From Verrucomicrobiales bacterium (GTDB lineage: Bacteria; Verrucomicrobiota; Verrucomicrobiia; Verrucomicrobiales; V1-33): a stretch of DNA of 64,000 nt. Position 1 is the stretch's first letter, and each line of letters opens with the position of its first letter. The notes beneath the pieces are model-generated. The model did no database searches. It saw only the letters and a list, made by a program, of their open reading frames with translations, and was not told the origin of the DNA. Both the position numbers and the translations under genes were made by a program. The stretch is taken from the NCBI GenBank assembly GCA_031411295.1, contig JANOAV010000025.1, positions 1 through 64,000 on the forward strand, read 5' to 3'. Shown here piece after piece: positions 57,472 to 64,000 of this stretch.

Positions 57472-58545
57472 ATGTCCGTTAATCATTTTGCTCACCTAAA
57501 CTCCATCGCCACCGCCGTGCCACCATTTGCCCGTCAGGCGGACTTTGAATCCAGTCTGCCCCAGTGGGTGCAGCCTGAAGCTACTGTGGAAAAGTTGCGA
57601 CAAGTCATCGCAGGGGCGGGGATTGAGCATCGCTACACGGTGCTGGAGCGTCCCTTCGGTCCACCGGGCAGCGGGGCCTTTTACGAATTTGGCCAGTTTC
57701 CATCCACGCAACGACGCATGGAAGAATATCAGCGGGCTGCGCTGCCGTTGAGCTTGCAAGCGGTGGCGGGATTGCCGGTGGCAGCCGTGGCAGGGGTGAC
57801 GCATCTGCTGATCACCTCCTGCACTGGGTTCTACGCGCCGGGGTTGGATATTGAGTTGGTGCGGGAACTGAAGTTGCCGGGAACCACGAAACGAACCGTG
57901 ATTGGCTTCATGGGATGCTATGCAGCCGCTACTGGGTTGCGAGTGGCCCGGGAAATTGTCCTCGGGGATGCTACCGCCAAAGTGCTCATGGTGAATGTGG
58001 AATTGTGCAGCCTTCATTTACAGGAAACGCAGCAGTTCGATCGTCTGGTCTCGTTCGTGTTATTTAGCGACGGTGCTGCGGCCAGTATCATATCGGCCGA
58101 TCCCAGCGGATTGAGGCTGGATGATTGCTACTCTCACTTGAGTCTGGCCGATGCGGATCGGATGACTTGGACGGTGGAGGATCAGGGGTTTGCCATGACA
58201 CTGGATGTTAGGGTTCCCTTTAAGATCAAACAGTTCATCGGCCGGAATCCCACGGCGGTGGGACATGAATTGCTGGCACCCAACCCGGACAAGCTCTGGG
58301 CGGTGCATCCGGGGGGGAAGAGTATCGTCGATGCCGTGCAGGAGGTTTGCCATCTGTCTGATGCGCAGGTGGAGGTCAGCCGGCGGGTGTTGCGCAATCA
58401 TGGCAATATGTCGTCTGCCACGTTGATGTTTGCCCTGGCGGATATTCTGTCGGAGGCGGATGCCGTGGAACGCGCTGGCCATGCGCTGGCCTTCGGTCCA
58501 GGGCTGACCTTGGAAGGCGTGGATTTCACCCGTTTGGCGCAGTAG
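57472..58545 (+). CDS. Type III polyketide synthase (chalcone/stilbene synthase family)
   Basis: SCTGFYAPG, catalytic Cys (GFMGCYAA), His (WAVHPGG), Asn (HGNMSS), AFGPGLT. Confidence 0.93.
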   Translation: MSVNHFAHLNSIATAVPPFARQADFESSLPQWVQPEATVEKLRQVIAGAGIEHRYTVLERPFGPPGSGAFYEFGQFPSTQRRMEEYQRAALPLSLQAVAGLPVAAVAGVTHLLITSCTGFYAPGLDIELVRELKLPGTTKRTVIGFMGCYAAATGLRVAREIVLGDATAKVLMVNVELCSLHLQETQQFDRLVSFVLFSDGAAASIISADPSGLRLDDCYSHLSLADADRMTWTVEDQGFAMTLDVRVPFKIKQFIGRNPTAVGHELLAPNPDKLWAVHPGGKSIVDAVQEVCHLSDAQVEVSRRVLRNHGNMSSATLMFALADILSEADAVERAGHALAFGPGLTLEGVDFTRLAQ

Positions 58546-58625
58546 TGGATTGCGTGGATTGCCGCTGACTCCGAGATCTGCAAAATTTCGTTTACGCGGA
58601 GGCCACCATCGCTCACGTTGTCAGG

Positions 58626-59609
58626 ATGGCCGACGATTCATTGCACAACCCTCACGATAAGTTATTCAAATCCGGATTCAAGGATCCCGCCACCGCCGCG
58701 GCTTTCCTCAGCGCAGAATTGCCTGCCTGCATCTCTTCACTCGTCTCCTGGTCAGATCTTAAATTGCAAGCGGGCACGTTTATCGATTCCCAATTCCGGC
58801 ACACGGAGAGCGATCTGCTCTTCAGCACCACTTTGGCAGGCAAAGACTGCTGCGTGTATTTGCTATTCGAACATCAATCCGCACCTGATCCCTGGCTGGC
58901 CCTGCGCCTCTTGCGCTACATGGTCCGCATCTGGGAAGCCCACGGTCAAACGCATCCCGCCGCCACCAAACTCCCGGTGATTCTGCCGGTCGTCTTCGCT
59001 CAAAATGCTGAAATCTGGCACCTGGAACCGCGCCTGGGAGCGCTGTTAGACCTACCGCAAGATCTGTCAGCAGCCTTCCAACCTTACGTGCCGGATTTCA
59101 TATTCCGGTTGATCCAGCTCGCGGAAATGGATTTCGAGTCGATGCGCGGCACCCCCACTGGTGTCTTGATTCTGCGCGCAATGAAGGCCGAGCGCCTCAA
59201 TCAATTGCTGCACGAAGCAGTCTGGGACGAATCCCTGATGGTGCAAGTTCCACGAGAAATGTTCGAAATGTTGTTACGCTACATACTGGATGCCGACATT
59301 GACAAAACGGCCTTTATGCATAAAGTGGAAGCAATCCACAACCCCCAAGCCCGCACCAACGCCATGTCCCTAGCTGAACAGTTTCGCCAAGAAGGCCTCG
59401 AAAAGGGACGCCAGGAGGGACTCCAAACAGGGATTCAAACCGGAAGGCAGGAAGGGATTTGGATCGGGAAAATTCAGGTATTACAGGAACTCATGGGAGA
59501 GTGCGTTTCAGAGAAAACGGACCTCAGCCACTCATCAGGGGCGGAACTGGCTGAGCAGTTCCGCAGCCTGCAATCGCGCTATAATACGCAATTCAAAAAA
59601 CCAGACTGA
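58626..59609 (+). CDS. Rpn/YhgA-family recombination-promoting nuclease (putative transposase)
   Basis: HNPHDKLFK, ESDLLF, LLFEHQS, LRLLRYM, LPVILPVV, C-terminal GxxEG repeats. Confidence 0.92.
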   Translation: MADDSLHNPHDKLFKSGFKDPATAAAFLSAELPACISSLVSWSDLKLQAGTFIDSQFRHTESDLLFSTTLAGKDCCVYLLFEHQSAPDPWLALRLLRYMVRIWEAHGQTHPAATKLPVILPVVFAQNAEIWHLEPRLGALLDLPQDLSAAFQPYVPDFIFRLIQLAEMDFESMRGTPTGVLILRAMKAERLNQLLHEAVWDESLMVQVPREMFEMLLRYILDADIDKTAFMHKVEAIHNPQARTNAMSLAEQFRQEGLEKGRQEGLQTGIQTGRQEGIWIGKIQVLQELMGECVSEKTDLSHSSGAELAEQFRSLQSRYNTQFKKPD

Positions 59610-59734
59610 GACATTGTCGGCTGCGCGACTGAACCAATGAACGGTATCGAGTGTAAGCTCAGAGGTTCTGGAAGGTCCTAACGGTTGCATGGTTATTTCC
59701 CTTGCGCGGCTGCTGCTTGTGGCTACCGAAGCTC

Positions 59735-59941
59735 ATGGCTTCAGACTCCAAACCAGATATCGAACTCCGCGCCTCGTATTTTCAGGAATTTCTGCTCGAA
59801 CGAATGAAAATCGGGGAGCACAAATGGCTGCAAAGTGAACGCCAACAGCGCGATATCGGCTGGGAGTCGGCTCTGACTTCCTGGGTGGCAGAGCATCGCG
59901 CCACTTGGAAAAAATTACGTTCCCGCAAAGCTGAAAACTAA
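59735..59941 (+). CDS. Small DUF4032-like protein
   Basis: [35 protein letters not shown] at 59735. Confidence 0.75.
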   Translation: MASDSKPDIELRASYFQEFLLERMKIGEHKWLQSERQQRDIGWESALTSWVAEHRATWKKLRSRKAEN

Positions 59942-59961
59942 CTCACCAATTACCTCTCCGC

Positions 59962-61143
59962 ATGATTTCACTAGGCACGCCACTCTCACCCACCGCCACC
60001 CGTGTCGCCCTCTGTGGCGGAGGTGAACTGGGCAAAGAAGTCGTTATTGAACTACAGCGCTTGGGGTGTGAGGTGATTGTGATTGATCGCTACGCGAACG
60101 CTCCCGCCATGCAAGTGGCGCATCGCAGCCATGTGGTGAACATGCTGGATGGAGCCGAGCTGCGGGCGGTGCTGGAGGCGGAGCGACCACATCTAATTGT
60201 GCCGGAAGTTGAGGCCATCGCCACGAGCACCTTGGTGGAGTTGGAGGCCGAAGGATTCACCGTGATCCCCACCGCCCGGGCCACCCAACTAACGATGAAT
60301 CGTGAAGGAATCCGACACCTCGCTGCGGTGGACCTTGGACTCAAGACCTCACCTTACGAGTTTGCCGCCACGGAAACTGAATTTACCGCTGCCGTCGAGC
60401 GCATTGGGATTCCCTGCGTGGTCAAGCCCATCATGAGTTCGTCCGGCAAAGGGCAAAGCGTCATCAAATCCGCCGCTGATATCCCGCACGCTTGGCGCTA
60501 TGCTCAAGAAGGCGGTCGGGCAGGTAAGGGAAAGGTGATCGTGGAGGGATTTGTGAAATTTGATTACGAAATCACCCTGCTCACCGTGCGCCACGCAGGC
60601 GGGACTTCCTTTTGTGAGCCGATTGGGCATTTGCAAATTGATGGGGACTATCGCGAAAGCTGGCAACCGCAGCCCATGTCGGCCAAGGCTCTGGCGGCCT
60701 CGCAGCATATTGCTGGTGCCATCACTGAGGCCTTGGGCGGGCGAGGATTGTTTGGGGTGGAGTTATTTGTGAGTGGCGACGAGGTCTATTTCAGCGAGGT
60801 GAGTCCGCGTCCGCATGATACTGGTTTGGTCACGATTGCCTCGCAGGATCTCAGTGAGTTTGCGCTGCATGCACGAGCCATTCTGGGCCTGCCGATACCG
60901 CAGATTCGCCAATACGGTCCCTCCGCCTCCGCTGTCATTTTGCCTGAAGGAAACTCCACTGCGGCGGTCTTCAAGCACGTGGATGCAGCCTTGGCTCAGC
61001 CGGACACGCACCTTCGGTTGTTTGGGAAACCAGAAATCGCAGGGCGTCGTCGCATGGGCGTGGTGGCATGCCTGGGAGAGAACATCGAAGCCGCCCGGGC
61101 CAAAGCACGCTTGGCTGCTGGTGCGGTGAGCGTGGAAATGTGA
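59962..61143 (+). CDS. purT: Formate-dependent phosphoribosylglycinamide formyltransferase
   Basis: [55 protein letters not shown]. Confidence 0.97.
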   Translation: MISLGTPLSPTATRVALCGGGELGKEVVIELQRLGCEVIVIDRYANAPAMQVAHRSHVVNMLDGAELRAVLEAERPHLIVPEVEAIATSTLVELEAEGFTVIPTARATQLTMNREGIRHLAAVDLGLKTSPYEFAATETEFTAAVERIGIPCVVKPIMSSSGKGQSVIKSAADIPHAWRYAQEGGRAGKGKVIVEGFVKFDYEITLLTVRHAGGTSFCEPIGHLQIDGDYRESWQPQPMSAKALAASQHIAGAITEALGGRGLFGVELFVSGDEVYFSEVSPRPHDTGLVTIASQDLSEFALHARAILGLPIPQIRQYGPSASAVILPEGNSTAAVFKHVDAALAQPDTHLRLFGKPEIAGRRRMGVVACLGENIEAARAKARLAAGAVSVEM

Positions 61144-61284
61144 GCGTGGACTCACTTCCGCCCACCGAGGAGCGGTGCCATGCAGACGGGGGAAAAATTG
61201 CTTTCGACAAATTTAGAATAATTCTTGATTTCGAGGCCGGCGGATGCACGTAGTGGAGATAAACCCTCCCAACTAGTTAACCGA

Positions 61285-62601
61285 ATGCCCCCCGCCGTCT
61301 TGGACGCTCCAACTGCCACTCCCTCCCGCTCTGTGATTCTTGATGCCCCTGCTTGGAACCACGCGCAGATGCCTGCATGGTTTGCCGAAATGCAGCAAAC
61401 CGCCTGGCATGAATTCGCCAGCCTCCCGTTGCCTTCCCGCAAGGATGAGGCTTGGCGCTTCGCTGACTTGACCAAGCTGAAATTTGACCACTTCAACGAT
61501 GCTGCTCCGGCTGCGGCCGCTGAGGTGGCACGCCTCATTGGACTTAGTCAGCAATTAAAGGAGAGCGCTGGCCGGGTGATTTTCGTCAATGATCGGCTCG
61601 TGCACCTCGATCCTCAGTTGGCTGACTGTGGCATCACTGTGGAAACCTTGGTCACTGGCTTCGAGCGCGCCAAGCACCTGCTGAATGCGATTTCCTCCCG
61701 GCTTGGCTCGGGGAAATTCGTCTCGTTGCATCAGGCACATCTCCGGAATGCCACCGTCATTACCGCAGCCAAGAACGCCCAGTTGGAACTTCCGGTGGAA
61801 ATTTATCACTGGGTCACGGGGGACAACGGCTCGGTCTTCCCCCGCACGATCATTTCCGCCGGGGAGAATTCCCGGGTGAGCATCGTGGAGCATCATCAAT
61901 CTGCCGATGAGGCCTCCGTCAGTTTTTCCTGCGGGGCCGCCCAACTGGTGGCCAGTCGTGGGGCGGTGATTGACTATGTGCTGAGCCAGAATTGGAATCA
62001 CGTCAGCAAGTCGATTCACCTTTCCTCGACCCACTGCGGGCAGGATAGCAAGGTGAGTCATTGTCTGGTGAATCTCGGGAGTGCTTGGGGTCGCACGGAG
62101 TGCGTAAGTCATTTGGAAGGGCCAGGCTCCCGGAGTGATATGTTGTCCGTTTCCCTGACCGATCAGAGTCAGGAAATGGACCAACGCACACTGCAATTGC
62201 ACCACGCGCCCCATTCCCACAGCGATCTACTTTACAAGAACGTGCTCTTTGGCAAGAGCCGCAGCATCTTTGCCGGACTCATCAGTGTGGATGAAGGGGC
62301 GCACTTCACGGATGCTTATCAAACCTGTCGTAACTTGCTCATGACCAACGAGTGCGAGGCTAATGCCATGCCGGGATTAGAGATCAATGCGGACCAAGTC
62401 AAGTGCAGCCATGGCAGCACCAGCGGGGCGATTAGTGAAGAAGAAATCTTCTATTTCGAGTCCCGTGGCATCCCCGAGCAACAGGCCCGGGCGCTGCTGG
62501 CGCAAGGGTTTCTGGCCCAGACCCTGGAGCGACTCGGCTCCGCGTCCGTGCGCGATTTCCTTGTTGCTCAAGTTGCTGCCAAGTTCGAACAAAACGCTTA
62601 A
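61285..62601 (+). CDS. sufD: Fe-S cluster assembly protein SufD
   Basis: PSRKDEAWRF, beta-helix core, TDAYQTCRNLL, PGLEINADQVKCSHGSTSG, FYFESRGI; ATG at 61285. Confidence 0.9.
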   Translation: MPPAVLDAPTATPSRSVILDAPAWNHAQMPAWFAEMQQTAWHEFASLPLPSRKDEAWRFADLTKLKFDHFNDAAPAAAAEVARLIGLSQQLKESAGRVIFVNDRLVHLDPQLADCGITVETLVTGFERAKHLLNAISSRLGSGKFVSLHQAHLRNATVITAAKNAQLELPVEIYHWVTGDNGSVFPRTIISAGENSRVSIVEHHQSADEASVSFSCGAAQLVASRGAVIDYVLSQNWNHVSKSIHLSSTHCGQDSKVSHCLVNLGSAWGRTECVSHLEGPGSRSDMLSVSLTDQSQEMDQRTLQLHHAPHSHSDLLYKNVLFGKSRSIFAGLISVDEGAHFTDAYQTCRNLLMTNECEANAMPGLEINADQVKCSHGSTSGAISEEEIFYFESRGIPEQQARALLAQGFLAQTLERLGSASVRDFLVAQVAAKFEQNA

Positions 62602-62613
62602 GCCGTCCACCTT

Positions 62614-62955
62614 ATGTTTGCCACTGGAGAAAAGATTGTCTGTATCAACGACGAGTTCGCACCCTGGGTGTTCGATCTCTACCAGCAATTGCCCAAGAAA
62701 GGGAACATCTATACCGTGCGGGCCACGGGAATGGGGGCCGCCAATCCGAATTGGGCCATCAGTGATGAAGGGATTTTCCGTGGTGCGACCGAACCTGATT
62801 TCAATGTGCTCCTGGAAGAACTGCACAACCCCGACGATACCACGTGTTCGTTCAAGCAAGAACTATCGTTTAAGGCCGAGCGCTTTGCGCCAGTGGAGGA
62901 AGTGGAATTGGAAGAAACCAATTACGCAGAGAATCGCGATCTGGTGACCGTCTAA
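62614..62955 (+). CDS. Hypothetical protein
   Basis: 113-aa ORF (GEKIVCINDEF...LPKKGNIYTVR...FKAERFAP), 12 nt after sufD. Confidence 0.7.
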   Translation: MFATGEKIVCINDEFAPWVFDLYQQLPKKGNIYTVRATGMGAANPNWAISDEGIFRGATEPDFNVLLEELHNPDDTTCSFKQELSFKAERFAPVEEVELEETNYAENRDLVTV

Positions 62956-62977
62956 CGTCCCCAGCAATTTTCATCTT

Positions 62978-63484
62978 ATGCCCTCTCCTGCCTCACCCGT
63001 CTTCTCCGGCATCCAAGCCGCCTTCACCCGCATGAACTGGCAGTCCCGCCGGGTCGAGGAGCGGGAGATCTTGGAAGCCGATTTCGAGGTGCACCACACC
63101 AAAGTGCGGATTCACGTGCAGGCCTTTCCAGAGCTGAATGCCCTGAGCGTAGTGGCCACCGCCTCCCATCAGGTGCCGGATTCTCGCATGGGTATCATCG
63201 GGGAAATGCTGATGCGCACGAATCTGGAACTCACCATTGGGGCGTTCGAAATGAACTACGACGACGGCAGTGTGCTCTTCCGGGCCACGAATATTTTCCC
63301 TCCCAATCGGGTGGATGATCGGATCATCGCCAGCTTGGTGCATTCTGCCCTGGCGGAAATGGATCGCCTGACCCCCTTTCTGACGCTAGTGTTGAGGATG
63401 CATCCCGAGGAATTGGCGAAACTGAATTTGAAGCTTTTTCTCCAGCGAGAAGACCTGTTGCCACCGGTCCCAGAGAACGCATAG
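62978..63484 (+). CDS. YbjN-domain (T3SS-chaperone-like) protein
   Basis: EMLMRTNLELTIGAFEMNYDDGSVLFR pattern. Confidence 0.7.
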   Translation: MPSPASPVFSGIQAAFTRMNWQSRRVEEREILEADFEVHHTKVRIHVQAFPELNALSVVATASHQVPDSRMGIIGEMLMRTNLELTIGAFEMNYDDGSVLFRATNIFPPNRVDDRIIASLVHSALAEMDRLTPFLTLVLRMHPEELAKLNLKLFLQREDLLPPVPENA

Positions 63485-63550
63485 TGCCTGACCCAGTTTG
63501 GCTTGCCAGCGGGGTTCTTCACTATTCATCTCATCCTACTGGAAGCTCCC

Positions 63551-64000
63551 ATGCTCAACGTTCATCATCTCGAACTCTTCTATTATGTGGCTCGACACAA
63601 GGGCATTACCGAGGCTGCGCGCCACATTCCTTACGGGATTCAGCAGCCCGCCATCAGCGGCCAGATGGGGCAGTTGGAGACGGCCATCGGCGTGCCGCTG
63701 TTTGTGCGGCGTCCGTTCTCGCTGACGCCCCCGGGAAAGCGACTCTACGAATTCATCCTGCCATTCTTTTCCAAGCTTCCGAATGTCCTCGAGGATCTGC
63801 ACCAAAGCACGGCGGCCCATTTACGGCTCGCTGCTTCGTCGCTGGTGCTCGCGACCCACTTGCCGGAAATTTTTCGTGCGCTAAAATCAGAATTTCCCGG
63901 CTTAAAACTGACCCTCAGGGACGCCACGGCCGCACATGCTTTGGTGCTCCTGCAGCGAAACGAAGCTGACCTGGCGCTTACCGTGCTCCAACGCCCTTTG
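63551..64000 (+). CDS. LysR-family transcriptional regulator (truncated by window end; absent from ORF track)
   Basis: Own translation from ATG 63551: MLNVHHLELFYYVARHKGITEAARHIPYGIQQPAISGQMGQLETAIGVPLFVRRPFSLTPPG... Confidence 0.92.
   Translation, partial: MLNVHHLELFYYVARHKGITEAARHIPYGIQQPAISGQMGQLETAIGVPLFVRRPFSLTPPGKRLYEFILPFFSKLPNVLEDLHQSTAAHLRLAASSLVLATHLPEIFRALKSEFPGLKLTLRDATAAHALVLLQRNEADLALTVLQRPL

Noticed and set aside
58546..59700. Rpn gene as an IS element with terminal inverted repeats
   Set aside because: No terminal inverted repeats or target duplication visible; Rpn proteins are not established transposases.
63484..63969. 161-aa ORF in the track
   Set aside because: Wrong frame; the real gene is the LysR regulator starting at 63551 and running off the window.

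Overview
Chromosomal window from a moderately GC-rich bacterium, most likely Verrucomicrobiota (PVC superphylum). This is inferred from protein families and motifs typical of that group: an ECF sigma/Ser-Thr kinase pair, a MoxR/DUF58/vWA/DUF4159 operon, a short DUF4032 protein and a secreted protein with a 'DxDxDG..NLxEYAxGTNP' tail. Housekeeping genes are engB, rsgA, ppk2, argB-argD-argF, trpD, a stand-alone fusA, pyrD, purT, an orphan sufD and an RppH-like NUDIX. Accessory loci are: (i) a 7-gene MoxR-vWA operon ending in a tetraheme cytochrome with a metallophosphoesterase-like domain; (ii) an ECF-sigma/kinase pair followed by blaI-blaR1 (M56), with a clear operator; (iii) a 1558-aa FHA/coiled-coil/GrpE-like protein; (iv) an orphan ParA with a Roadblock-like partner; (v) a type III PKS next to an Rpn nuclease; (vi) an ATPase-nuclease gene bracketed by 45-bp direct repeats. 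The most striking observation is at DNA level. The window holds several GTGG-headed palindromic REP/REPIN-like doublets. Three composite copies sit in frame inside the M56 sensor gene, at apparent ectodomain boundaries, and show compensatory base changes, which suggests REP-linked modular assembly of a receptor. I recognised no rRNA, tRNA, CRISPR array or RAYT transposase. All family assignments come from motif recognition by eye; no searches were run.
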